Position numbers and translations under genes: made by a program. A model generated the notes under the pieces. The model saw only the letters and a list, made by a program, of their open reading frames with translations, was not told the origin of the DNA and ran no database searches. Of a stretch of 64,000 bases of DNA, positions 9,336 to 18,469 are shown piece after piece. The stretch comes from an uncultured Alphaproteobacteria bacterium (GTDB lineage Bacteria > Pseudomonadota > Alphaproteobacteria > ATCC43930 > CGMCC-115725). The stretch covers positions 253,041 through 317,040 of the forward strand of contig CAWBIT010000004.1 in NCBI GenBank assembly GCA_963789025.1, given 5' to 3'. Positions within the stretch are counted from its first letter, which is position 1, and every line of letters begins with the position of its first letter.

Positions 9336-10466
9336 TCACCCGAGAGCTGGTGAAGATACGGTCTCGGGTGATCGGCCCGGCGCGGCGGAATGCTGGCGAT
9401 AGACAAATCGGGGCGCGGTTTCGTCCGCGTCCGCGCGGGCGCCGACGAGCAGCTCGCGGTCCGGGGACAATGTGCAAGCCGGGTCGGTGCGCGCGGCATC
9501 GCCGGTCAGCGCAAAAGCCTGGCAGCGGCAGCCGCCCCAGTCGATCTCGCGCCGTTCGCAGGAGCGGCAGGGCTCCGGCATCCAATCCGTCCCGCGAAAC
9601 CGTTCGAACGCGGAAGAACGATACCAGATGTCGGAAAGGCTCGCTTCGGCTACGGACGGAAAATCGAGCCCTGTCAAGGTCTCCGCCGCGTGGCACGGCA
9701 GCACCTTGCCCGCCGGGGTCACGTTCATGAAGCGCCGGCCCCAACCGCCCATGCAGGCCTTTGGGCGATGGGCGTAGTAGTCGGGGAGCACGTAATCGAT
9801 CACCAGGACCCCGGCGAGGCGTCTGCGAGCGGCTTCGACAGCGGCGGTGGCGGCATCCAACTGATCGCGGCTCGGCAGCAACGCCGCCCGATTGCGCAAG
9901 GCCCATCCGTAATACTGCACGTGAGCGACTTCGAGCCGATCGGCGCCGAGCGCCACGGCCAATTCGATCATCTCGCCGAGCCGGTCGAGGTTTTGCCGGT
10001 GCACGACCGCGTTAACCGTCAATGGCAGACCGGCCTCGCGGACGAGGCGCGCTGCCCGTCGTTTGGCCTGTTGCGCCCCGAGGAGCCCGGCGATGCGGTC
10101 GCCGGACATCATGTCGGCATCCTGAAAACTGAGCTGGACATGCTCGAGCCCGGCCTCGACCAGCACCGCGAGCCGGCCGGCATCGAGATTTATGCCGGAG
10201 GTGATCAGATTGCCGTAGAGCCCGACTTCGGCCGCATGACGCACGAGATCGGCGAGGTCGCGCCGGACGAGCGGCTCACCCCCGGAGAAGTGGACCTGCA
10301 GAACGCCGAGCGCCGCAGCCTCGCCGAGCACCCGCTTCCAGCTTGCGGTATCGAGTTCGCCGCTGGCGCGCGATAGTTCGAGCGGGTTCGAGCAATAGGG
10401 ACAGCGCAGCGGGCACCGATGGGTCAGCTCGGCCAGCATTGCCAGCGGCGGGTCGACTGCCGTCAT
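9336..10466 (-). CDS. pqqE: PQQ biosynthesis radical-SAM protein PqqE
   Basis: [11 protein letters not shown] radical-SAM cluster motif, a C-terminal SPASM-type Cys cluster, and position after pqqD with an ATGA overlap. Confidence 0.95.
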   Translation of the reverse strand: MTAVDPPLAMLAELTHRCPLRCPYCSNPLELSRASGELDTASWKRVLGEAAALGVLQVHFSGGEPLVRRDLADLVRHAAEVGLYGNLITSGINLDAGRLAVLVEAGLEHVQLSFQDADMMSGDRIAGLLGAQQAKRRAARLVREAGLPLTVNAVVHRQNLDRLGEMIELAVALGADRLEVAHVQYYGWALRNRAALLPSRDQLDAATAAVEAARRRLAGVLVIDYVLPDYYAHRPKACMGGWGRRFMNVTPAGKVLPCHAAETLTGLDFPSVAEASLSDIWYRSSAFERFRGTDWMPEPCRSCERREIDWGGCRCQAFALTGDAARTDPACTLSPDRELLVGARADADETAPRFVYRQHSAAPGRSPETVSSPALG

Positions 10467-10756
10467 AAACGCAGCACTTTTTTGTCGACGAGATCCTGCA
10501 GCATCTTAATGACGTCGCTGGCGATGACGTCGCGCGGCGCGTCGTAGCGACCGGCGAGTTCGTCGATGACGCCGTCGATGGCGCGCTTCCCGTCGATCAG
10601 CTGCAGGATTTCAACGGCCTGCTCGTCAGGCAACATGAGCCGCTCCGGCGCGAGCACGATCCATGCCTGCCGAACCTCGTCGAAGCGGAACCTTGTGTGC
10701 GGGGCAAAGCGCAGAACGGTATCGCCCTCGACCGATAGACGCGGCTCGCCCGTCAT
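10463..10756 (-). CDS. pqqD: PQQ biosynthesis peptide chaperone PqqD
   Basis: 97 aa starting at MTGEPRLS. This ATG overlaps the pqqC stop (ATGA). The track ORF 10463-11068 over-extends into pqqC. Confidence 0.85.
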   Translation of the reverse strand: MTGEPRLSVEGDTVLRFAPHTRFRFDEVRQAWIVLAPERLMLPDEQAVEILQLIDGKRAIDGVIDELAGRYDAPRDVIASDVIKMLQDLVDKKVLRL

Positions 10757-11496
10757 TGCGCCGTCCGGCCGGGGACAAAGGCGCCCGGCGGGGTCAGTCC
10801 CGGCTCGACATAGGCGAAGTAGAGGGCGTCGAGCTGCGCCCAGAGCACGTCGCATTTGAACCGCAAGGTGTCGCGCACGAGCGCCTGCTTCTCGGCAGTG
10901 TCGGCGTGTTCTTTGACGTAGGCGAGGGCGAAGGCGACATCGGTAGGGGCCTGGGTCAGCCGCGGCGTGAAATAGGCGAGCGTGTCGCGGCTGATGAAAT
11001 CGTAGTTCTTCAGCAGACCCTCGACCCGCTCGGCGATGATCTCGGGTGAGAACATCTCGGTGAGGCACGAGGCGACGGCTTCGAGCAGCGACCGGTCGCG
11101 CACGAAATTGACATAGGCGTCGACCGCGAAGCGGGTAGCCGGCAACAGCCCCTTGGTCGAGATCACATATTCGCGATCGAGCCCGAGCCCGTCGGTCAGC
11201 CTGAGCCAGCGCGCGATCCCGCCGGTGTCCTCGCTCTCGCCGTCATGATCGATGATGCGCCGGCGCCATTCCCGGCGGAGCGCCGGCGTCGGCAGGCGCG
11301 CGACCAGATAGGCGTCCTTTGCCGGAATGCGAGCCTGATAGTAATAGCGGTTGAGCGCCCACGCCTGGACCTGACCGCGATTGAGCTTGCCGTCGCGCAT
11401 CAGGTGATGAAACGGATGGCGATGGTGGTAGCGCTCCTCGCCGATCTGCCGCAGGGCACTCTCGAGATCCGGCCCGGAGAGTAGGGACCCGCTCAC
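10753..11496 (-). CDS. pqqC: Pyrroloquinoline-quinone synthase PqqC
   Basis: 247 aa with YHHRHPFHHLMRDGKL and ...RYYYQARIP..., characteristic of PqqC. Operon position fits. Confidence 0.95.
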   Translation of the reverse strand: MSGSLLSGPDLESALRQIGEERYHHRHPFHHLMRDGKLNRGQVQAWALNRYYYQARIPAKDAYLVARLPTPALRREWRRRIIDHDGESEDTGGIARWLRLTDGLGLDREYVISTKGLLPATRFAVDAYVNFVRDRSLLEAVASCLTEMFSPEIIAERVEGLLKNYDFISRDTLAYFTPRLTQAPTDVAFALAYVKEHADTAEKQALVRDTLRFKCDVLWAQLDALYFAYVEPGLTPPGAFVPGRTAQ

Positions 11497-12419
11497 AGCC
11501 TCACCTCCATGCCGTCATAGGCGATCTCCCAACCGGCGGCTTCGGCGAGTTGTCGTTCCGGCGAATCGTCGAGCAATACCGGGTTCGAGTTGTTGATGTG
11601 GATAAAGATGCGGCGCTTCACACCCAGATCGCGGAAGGCGGCAATCGCGCCATCGTCGCCGCTCATGCTGATATGCCCCATTCGCCGGCCCGTCTTGTTC
11701 CCGACGCCGAGCTGGATCATCTCGTCGTCGCGCCAAAGGGTCCCGTCGAAAAACACCAGCTCGCTCCCAATCAGGCGCTGGCGCAGCCGGTCGGTCATCG
11801 CCGCGCAACCGGGGATGAAAAAGATGGATTTCTCGGCCGCGGTGTCGATGATCTGGAGACCCACCGCATCGCCCTCTTCTGCGATTCCCGGGTCTTGCCC
11901 GTCCTTTTCGAGATAGAGCGGGACTTTTGCCGGCACGGCGAACGCGACGACTGCCATTCCCGAAGGATCGACGGTCCCCGCAAGCTCGATCCGCCGATCG
12001 AGGGGCAATTCGACGCGCTCGACGCAATCCGGAGCGAGAACATGAAAAATCGGATTCGCCGCGATAACCGCGAGAACCCGCGCCGGAGCATAAACCGAAA
12101 AGCGATGCCGCTCGCGCAGGTGAAGCAACCCCGCGACGGCGTCGACATCGCCACCGGGGACCAGTACGCCGGCGATCGGCGACGACCTCAGCCCTTCGTG
12201 GGGGTGGAGAGCGAGGGTTGCCTCGATCTGCAGCCGCAGATCGGGCGAGGCGTTCAGAACGAACCAGTCGTGCCCGTTCGCCGAGACCGCGAGCGAAGCC
12301 TGCGTTCTCGGAACCGCGGTCTTATCTCCGGCGCGCGCCCGCCGACATGCCGGCGCGTTGGAATTCCATTGCGGGAAACCCCCGCCGGCGGCAGACCCGA
12401 GGACAACCACGTCGAGCAT
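11493..12419 (-). CDS. pqqB: PQQ biosynthesis protein PqqB (metallo-beta-lactamase fold)
   Basis: MLDVVVLGSAAGGGFPQWN N-terminus is typical of PqqB. Lies between pqqA and pqqC and overlaps the pqqC start. Confidence 0.9.
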   Translation of the reverse strand: MLDVVVLGSAAGGGFPQWNSNAPACRRARAGDKTAVPRTQASLAVSANGHDWFVLNASPDLRLQIEATLALHPHEGLRSSPIAGVLVPGGDVDAVAGLLHLRERHRFSVYAPARVLAVIAANPIFHVLAPDCVERVELPLDRRIELAGTVDPSGMAVVAFAVPAKVPLYLEKDGQDPGIAEEGDAVGLQIIDTAAEKSIFFIPGCAAMTDRLRQRLIGSELVFFDGTLWRDDEMIQLGVGNKTGRRMGHISMSGDDGAIAAFRDLGVKRRIFIHINNSNPVLLDDSPERQLAEAAGWEIAYDGMEVRL

Positions 12420-12462
12420 CGGTCGTCTCGCCGGATCCGACCGGCGTCAGAAAACGAGGAGC

Positions 12463-12543
12463 CTACTTGACCTCCGCACAGGCGTAAGCGTTGATCTCAA
12501 GCCCGACTGCGATTTCGATGATGACCGGCGTCTTCCACTTCAT
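12463..12543 (-). CDS. pqqA: PQQ precursor peptide PqqA
   Basis: 26-aa MKWKTPVIIEIAVGLEINAYACAEVK carries the conserved E-x-x-x-Y (EINAY) from which PQQ is made. It is hidden at the 3' end of the 93-aa track ORF 12463-12744. AAGGAA Shine-Dalgarno precedes the ATG at 12543. Confidence 0.9.
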   Translation of the reverse strand: MKWKTPVIIEIAVGLEINAYACAEVK

Positions 12544-12574
12544 GGCTATTTCCTTCGGTCTGATTGCCGGTCGC

Positions 12575-12603
12575 AAAGTAGGATCGCAGCCGAACGCTGT
12601 CAA
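12575..12603 (-). promoter_or_regulatory. Candidate sigma70-type promoter of pqqA
   Basis: On the minus strand: TTGACA, then a 17-nt spacer, then TACTTT, about 30 nt upstream of the pqqA ATG. Sequence pattern only. Confidence 0.3.
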
Positions 12604-12640
12604 CCAAGAGCCTCGACGCTTGCTGCCCCGCGGCTCCGCA

Positions 12641-13384
12641 ATGGTTTTTGGTCTCACCGCAATCCTCGGCATGTCGCTGCATGCCAGCCTCGCAGCGGAG
12701 AGCGGCGATCCTCGGTTCACCGTGCTCGTCTTCTCCAAGACCACCGGGTTTCATCACAATTCGATCCCGCAAGGGATTGCGGCAATCGAGGCGCTGGGGG
12801 CCGAGCACGGGTTCGCGGTGGACAGCACGGAAGACGCCGCGCGGTTCAGCGACGCAGTGCTAGCTCGATATAAGGTCGTCGTATTCCTCAACACGACCGG
12901 AGACGTTCTCGATGCGGGCGAGAAGGCCACCTTTGAGCGATACATCCGTTCCGGCGGCGGCTTCGTCGGCATCCACTCGGCGAGCGACACGGAGTATGGA
13001 TGGCCGTGGTACGGCCGGCTCGTCGGAACCTGGTTCGCGAGCCATCCTCACATTCAGCGGGCGACGGTCCACATCGCAAACCCCGACCATCCTTCGACGA
13101 AGGGCCTGCCCACCGCGTGGGAACGCACCGACGAGTGGTATAATTTCCGCAGCAATCCGCGCGGCGCGGTGCAGGTCCTGGCGACCCTCGACGAGGCGAC
13201 CTATTCCGGCGGCGCAATGGGGGCCGATCACCCGATCGCCTGGTGTCAAACGATCGACGGTGGCCGCAGTTGGTATACCGCGATGGGCCATACCAAGGAA
13301 TCCTATGACGAGCCGCTGTTTCTCCTTCACCTGCTGGGCGGAATCGAAACTGCCGCGGGAGTCGCCGGTTCCTGCAATGATTGA
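12641..13384 (+). CDS. ThuA-domain (trehalose-utilisation-like) exported protein
   Basis: Start moved to MVFGLTAILGMSLHASLAA (signal peptide) because the track start at 12491 overlaps pqqA. ...VLVFSKTTGFHHNSI...GGFVGIHSA...HPIAW...GHT... is typical of ThuA-like proteins. Confidence 0.8.
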   Translation: MVFGLTAILGMSLHASLAAESGDPRFTVLVFSKTTGFHHNSIPQGIAAIEALGAEHGFAVDSTEDAARFSDAVLARYKVVVFLNTTGDVLDAGEKATFERYIRSGGGFVGIHSASDTEYGWPWYGRLVGTWFASHPHIQRATVHIANPDHPSTKGLPTAWERTDEWYNFRSNPRGAVQVLATLDEATYSGGAMGADHPIAWCQTIDGGRSWYTAMGHTKESYDEPLFLLHLLGGIETAAGVAGSCND

Positions 13385-13398
13385 CCAGCGGGAAAGGA

Positions 13399-14049
13399 TC
13401 AGCGGACGGGAGGAGGGCCGGTATCGCAATCGGCCAGACCGTGCTGAATGGCGATGCGGATTAAATCGGCGGTGCTCTCCGCCCGCAGCTTCGCTTTGAT
13501 TTGGCTGCAGTTGTTCGCAGCAGTCTTGTATCCGATGCCGAGTGTGTCGGCGATTTGGACGAGGTTGCGGCCTTGCGTCAGCAAACGCAGGATTTCGAGA
13601 TCGCGCGAGGAGAGGTCTTCGAGCGGGTGCGGTGGGGTTCGGATGCTCGAGAATACGAGTTCTTCGGCAATCTCGTGTTCGACATAGGTGCGACCGCCGG
13701 CAACGCGTCTGATTGCTTCGAGAAGCTCTTCCGGAGGGACGGTCTTGCTGGCATAGCCCGCTGCCCCCGCCTGCAGCGCGCGCGTCACATGGATACGGTC
13801 GTCGTGCATGCTGAGAACCAGAATGCGCGCATCAGGATCAATGATCTTCAGGCGCGCGATGATCTCGAGACCGCTGATATCGGGCAAGTTCAGATCGAGG
13901 ATGACGAGGTCTGGGCGCCTTCTCCGGAAGGCGCCCAGCGCCTCTTTTCCGCTCGCCGCCTCCTCAACCTCCACTGCCGGCTCGGCGGCGAGCAATCGTC
14001 GCAATCCGGCCCGGACTATCGGGTGATCATCGACGATCAGAATCTTCAC
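13399..14049 (-). CDS. Response regulator, NarL/FixJ (LuxR-type HTH) family
   Basis: MKILIVDDHPIVRAGL receiver domain with the phospho-acceptor Asp context (DLVILDLNLPD) and a C-terminal LuxR HTH (LTQGRNLVQIADTLGIGYKTAANN). Confidence 0.9.
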   Translation of the reverse strand: MKILIVDDHPIVRAGLRRLLAAEPAVEVEEAASGKEALGAFRRRRPDLVILDLNLPDISGLEIIARLKIIDPDARILVLSMHDDRIHVTRALQAGAAGYASKTVPPEELLEAIRRVAGGRTYVEHEIAEELVFSSIRTPPHPLEDLSSRDLEILRLLTQGRNLVQIADTLGIGYKTAANNCSQIKAKLRAESTADLIRIAIQHGLADCDTGPPPVR

Positions 14050-15467
14050 GGCTCGGCCGACTGCACCGAGGAGGATAGCGGGTCCGACGTCTGCAGATCG
14101 GGCAGCACGGCGACCACCGCGAAGCCTTCGTTGGATTTGTTCGAAATGCTCAAGCGCCCACCGACCGCGCTGACGCGCTCGCTTATGCCAATGAGGCCAT
14201 AACCCAATTTGTCCGGGTCGCGCATTCCCCGGCCGTCATCCGCGACCGTGAGCCTGATCTCGTCGCGTTCCCGCTCGATCGAGATGGCAATGCAGTTGGG
14301 TTCGGCATGGCGCAGGGCGTTGCTCAGAGCCTCCTGGACGATACGGCAGATCGCCGTCCCGACGACATCCACGAGATCCTCGCATTCCGCCGCGACCGCC
14401 ATCTCGTAACGGATCTCGGGACGGCGGCGGCGCCAGAATGCGACCAAATTCTCGATCGCCTCGCGCAAGCCAAATTCGGCGAGCCCGATCGGGCGCAACC
14501 GGCCGAGCATGCGTCTGACCTGCCGTTGCATGTGGCGAACGGCCTCGACGATCGACCCGACATGGAGGGCGGCCTCGCTCGCGCGACCATCCTCTATCAG
14601 CCGGCAGGCGGTAGCCGCGTCGGCGTTGATCGCGAAGAGATAGGGGCTCACCTCATCGTGCAGGTCGCGGGCGAGCTCGCTGCGCTCCTCCTCCTGCAAC
14701 GTCAGAAGCCGCTCGTTAAGACGGCGGTTCTCGGCGGCGGCTTCCGCAAGCCGCGCCGCCATCCGATTGAAACTGTCGCGCAACCGCGCCAGGTCCGGCG
14801 CCAGCCGGCCGCCGATCCGGATAAGGTAATGGCCGTCGCCGACCTCCTCCAGCGCAGCGGCCAGCCGGTCGAGCGGCCGCAAAGTGCGGCCGATAAAAAC
14901 ATAAATGAGCAGGATCGTGAGACCGCCGAACACGGCGAGGGTCGCAAGGCTCTCGGCGAGCTCGTTCCAGACTTCGAGCGTCTCGTTGTACGGATCGGTC
15001 TCGATCACGATCGTGCCGTAATCGCGGCCGCCGACGGCGATAGGGATTTGCTCGGTCTCGGGCGAAACTCCGATGAGGCGCACAAACCATGCCGGCGGGC
15101 GGCCGAATTTCGATTTCTCCATGGACGGCGCGGCGAAGGCCGGCGTCTCCCCGGCGTGCCGTACCCGCAGGTGACGATTGCCCTGGAAGGACGCCACCAA
15201 ATCATCGACATCGCGCGACGGGTCTCGGGCGTTCTGAAGGCGGTCGATCGCGCTCTCGATGGTCTGTCGCCCGACCAGAAAGGCCGCGCGCATCTCGGTA
15301 CGAACCGAGCGCGAGGCGTTGGAATACGCGGTTATGCCGGCCAGCGCGAGGCTGATCAGCAGCACGACGCAGACCAGGCCGATCAGACGGAACCGAAGCG
15401 ACATAGGGGGCCCGCCGGGCGTTGCATATCCGACTTTGCAGGATGCCATTACCCGATACCGATGCAT
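14046..15467 (-). CDS. Sensor histidine kinase, NarX/DesK-like (HAMP + HisKA_3 + HATPase)
   Basis: H-box LARDLHDEVSPYL, G-box DDGRGM...GYGLIGISERV, two TM segments and an overlap with the downstream regulator. An alternative start at 15404 (MSLRF) is possible. Confidence 0.85.
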   Translation of the reverse strand: MHRYRVMASCKVGYATPGGPPMSLRFRLIGLVCVVLLISLALAGITAYSNASRSVRTEMRAAFLVGRQTIESAIDRLQNARDPSRDVDDLVASFQGNRHLRVRHAGETPAFAAPSMEKSKFGRPPAWFVRLIGVSPETEQIPIAVGGRDYGTIVIETDPYNETLEVWNELAESLATLAVFGGLTILLIYVFIGRTLRPLDRLAAALEEVGDGHYLIRIGGRLAPDLARLRDSFNRMAARLAEAAAENRRLNERLLTLQEEERSELARDLHDEVSPYLFAINADAATACRLIEDGRASEAALHVGSIVEAVRHMQRQVRRMLGRLRPIGLAEFGLREAIENLVAFWRRRRPEIRYEMAVAAECEDLVDVVGTAICRIVQEALSNALRHAEPNCIAISIERERDEIRLTVADDGRGMRDPDKLGYGLIGISERVSAVGGRLSISNKSNEGFAVVAVLPDLQTSDPLSSSVQSAEP

Positions 15468-15591
15468 ACCGCTTCCAGTGGGAAGTTTTGCCGTGCTGAT
15501 CGGGAAGAATTTCCGGGCAAATCGGGAAGGCGCGGCGACGAGTAGTCTGGCTTAATGGTTGCGGTGGGGGACGGACCCGATGAGCTGAGCA

Positions 15592-17919
15592 ATGCCCGAC
15601 CTCAGGCACGTGTTACAAGCGCTCGGCTTGGCAACGGTCCTGCTCTCTGGCGCCGCGGCGGCGCAACAACCCGCCGCGGCGCCGGCGCTGAGCCTGCCCA
15701 CCGTGGAGGTGGTCGGCGCGACGCCGCTCCTCGGCTCCGGGGTCGATCGCGACAAGGTGCCGGCCGAGACGCGGGTTCTCACCGACCAGGACATCAGCCG
15801 GAACGGCTACCCGCAAGCATTGCGCGCGCTCAACGAGAACGTGCCGGGCGTCACGCTCGATGCCGCCGCCGGCAATCCGTTTCAACCCAACCTCGTCTAT
15901 CACGGTTTTCTCGCCTCGCCCCTGCAAGGCAATCCGCAAGGCCTCGCGGTCTATGTCAACGGGGTCCGTTTCAATCAGCCGTTCGGCGACACGGTCAATT
16001 GGGATTTGATCCCCGACCTCGCGATCGACCGCATGGACCTCGTCGGCTCCAACCCTGTCTTCGGTCTCAACGCCCTCGGCGGCGCATTGTCGGTGCGGAT
16101 GAAAAACGGGTTTACCTACCAGGGCGGCGAGGTTGACCTGCTGGGCGGCTCGTTCCAGCACTATCAGGGAAACCTGCAATACGGCATCCAAAGCGACAAT
16201 ACCGCGGCCTATGTCGCAGTCACCGGCCTGGATGAAGGCGGCTGGCGCGATCTGCAATCATCCGACCTCGGCAATTTTTACGGCGATCTCGGCTGGCGCG
16301 GCAATCACGGCGAAGTCCATATCAATGTTACTGCGGCCCAGACGCGGCTCAACGGCCCCGGCACCTCACCGGTCCAGCTGCTGGCGATCGATCCCGCTGC
16401 GCAGTTCACCGCTCCAAATCTGATCACCAACAAGTATACGCAAGCCAATCTGACCGGGTCTTACGATATCAACGACACAACCTCGCTGCAGGGGCTGGCC
16501 TACTACACCTTTCTCTTGCAGAAGGTCTATAACGGCAATGTTCCGAATCTATCACCGTGCAATGACGGCTCCGGCTTTCTATGCGAGGCGCCGGGTGTCT
16601 TCGGGACCGATCGCAATGGCAACCCGATCCCCGATTTTCTCAATGGCGGCCCTTATTCCGACCTCGACCAGCAGTCGACCAATACCAACGGCTATGGCGC
16701 CTCGCTTCAGGTTACCAACCGCGACCAGCTCTTTGGTCATCCCAACCAGCTGATCGCAGGCTTCAGCTTCGACGGCGCCCAGACCCTGTTCAGCGCGAGC
16801 ACGCAAATCGGCGGATTATCTTTGTCAGATCGTGTGTTCGCCGGACCCGGGATCACCATCGATCAGGCCGATGGTTCGATCGCGCCGGTGCGCGTCGGGA
16901 TCTCCAACGCTTATTACGGCGCGTTCTTCACCGACACCTTGGATTTCACCTCGCAACTTTCAGGTAACGTGGCCGGGCGCTTCAATCTCGCGCAAATCGA
17001 TTTGAACGATCAGCTGGGTAGCGCGTTGACCGGGAATCACACCTACAGCCGCTTCAACCCGGCTGGCGGGCTGACCTACAAGATCCTTCCCGCTCTGACG
17101 GTCTATGCCAGTTACGCCGACGCCAATCGGGCGCCAACTCCGGCGGAACTTACCTGCTCCAGTGCCGCCAGCCCATGCAGCCTCGCCAATTTCTTCACCG
17201 GCGACCCCAATTTGCAGCAGGTCGTTTCGCACACGATCGAGGCGGGTCTGCGCAGTCAGTTTCAGCCCTTCGAGGGCGCGACCCTGTCTTCGAACATCGC
17301 CTATTATCGCAGTACCTTGAACAACGACATCCTGTTCGTGAACAGTCCGATCCAGGGCCGTGCGTTCTTTCAGAATGTCGGGACGACTCTTCGCCAAGGG
17401 GTCGATATCGGTGTCCAGCTCAAGACCGACCGCTTGCTCGCCTGGATCGCCTATTCCTATATCGACGCAACGTTCCAGACCGGCTTTACGGCGTCCAGCA
17501 ACAACAACCCGGGCGCCGACGCCAACGGTAATATCCAAATCCAGCCTGGCAACCATTTGTCCGGCATCCCCGCCAATCTCGGCAAGCTCGGCGTCGATTA
17601 TAAGGTAACCGACGCCTGGACGGTCGGCGGGACGGGGATAGCGGGCAGCGGGCAGTACCTGTTCGGCGATGAAGCCAACCTGACCCCGAAGACCCCGCCC
17701 TATTTTGTGCTCAACCTGCATACCAGTTATCAGATCTCCAAAAACCTGCAGCTCTTCGGGCTGATCGAGAACGCGTTCAACGTCAGATATTACACTTTCG
17801 GCACCTTCTCGCCGACTTCGTCCGTGTTCATCGCCCAGGCACCGGGCGCCACCAACCCGCGCAGCTATAGCCCGGCCGCACCGATCGCCGGCACCGTCGG
17901 CGTCCGCCTTACCTTTTGA
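15592..17919 (+). CDS. TonB-dependent outer-membrane receptor
   Basis: Signal peptide, plug-domain motifs (...VEVVGATP..., NPQGLAVYVNGVRFN), a long beta-barrel with alternating pattern, and a C-terminal ...GVRLTF. Confidence 0.9.
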   Translation: MPDLRHVLQALGLATVLLSGAAAAQQPAAAPALSLPTVEVVGATPLLGSGVDRDKVPAETRVLTDQDISRNGYPQALRALNENVPGVTLDAAAGNPFQPNLVYHGFLASPLQGNPQGLAVYVNGVRFNQPFGDTVNWDLIPDLAIDRMDLVGSNPVFGLNALGGALSVRMKNGFTYQGGEVDLLGGSFQHYQGNLQYGIQSDNTAAYVAVTGLDEGGWRDLQSSDLGNFYGDLGWRGNHGEVHINVTAAQTRLNGPGTSPVQLLAIDPAAQFTAPNLITNKYTQANLTGSYDINDTTSLQGLAYYTFLLQKVYNGNVPNLSPCNDGSGFLCEAPGVFGTDRNGNPIPDFLNGGPYSDLDQQSTNTNGYGASLQVTNRDQLFGHPNQLIAGFSFDGAQTLFSASTQIGGLSLSDRVFAGPGITIDQADGSIAPVRVGISNAYYGAFFTDTLDFTSQLSGNVAGRFNLAQIDLNDQLGSALTGNHTYSRFNPAGGLTYKILPALTVYASYADANRAPTPAELTCSSAASPCSLANFFTGDPNLQQVVSHTIEAGLRSQFQPFEGATLSSNIAYYRSTLNNDILFVNSPIQGRAFFQNVGTTLRQGVDIGVQLKTDRLLAWIAYSYIDATFQTGFTASSNNNPGADANGNIQIQPGNHLSGIPANLGKLGVDYKVTDAWTVGGTGIAGSGQYLFGDEANLTPKTPPYFVLNLHTSYQISKNLQLFGLIENAFNVRYYTFGTFSPTSSVFIAQAPGATNPRSYSPAAPIAGTVGVRLTF

Positions 17920-18015
17920 AGATCCTCTCCCGCCCACCCGGCGATTAACGATATTGCCGGGTCCGCTCCTTCGGAGATAGAATCCCGCGGTCGGCATCAC
18001 CCTGGGAGGCACGCC

Positions 18016-18468
18016 ATGGTCAAGTTGCGCGTCAACGGCCAGGAACAGTCGTTCGACGGCGATCCGTCGATGCCGCTGCTCTGGTACTTGCGGGACGAGT
18101 TGGGGCTCGCCGGAACAAAGTACGGCTGCGGCGTCGCGCTGTGCGGGGCGTGCACCGTGCACGTCGACGGCCAGGCCACCCGCGCCTGCGTCACCGCGAT
18201 CAACGATGTTTCGGGCCGCTCGGTGACGACGATCGAGGGGCTCGATCCGCAAGGCAACCACCCGGTGCAGAAGGCGTGGCGCGCCTTCAATGTCCCGCAA
18301 TGCGGGTATTGCCAGTCCGGCCAGATCATGCAGGCCGCCGCGCTGCTCGCCACTAACAAGAACCCGTCCGAGGACCAGATCAACAGCGAGATGAGCGGCA
18401 ACATCTGCCGCTGCGGCTGCTACCAGCGCATCACCGCCGCCATCAAGGCGGCCGCCACGGGAGCGTGA
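18016..18468 (+). CDS. (2Fe-2S)-binding small subunit of a molybdopterin oxidoreductase (IorA / aldehyde-dehydrogenase small-subunit type), copy 1
   Basis: [11 protein letters not shown] and NICRCGCY cluster motifs. 150 aa. Confidence 0.9.
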   Translation: MVKLRVNGQEQSFDGDPSMPLLWYLRDELGLAGTKYGCGVALCGACTVHVDGQATRACVTAINDVSGRSVTTIEGLDPQGNHPVQKAWRAFNVPQCGYCQSGQIMQAAALLATNKNPSEDQINSEMSGNICRCGCYQRITAAIKAAATGA

Positions 18469-18469
18469 C

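Noticed and set aside
10757-11068. N-terminal 104 codons of the 201-aa track ORF for pqqD
   Set aside because: This stretch lies wholly inside pqqC in another frame and is Arg/Pro-rich. The PqqD-like sequence starts at the ATG (10756) that overlaps the pqqC stop.
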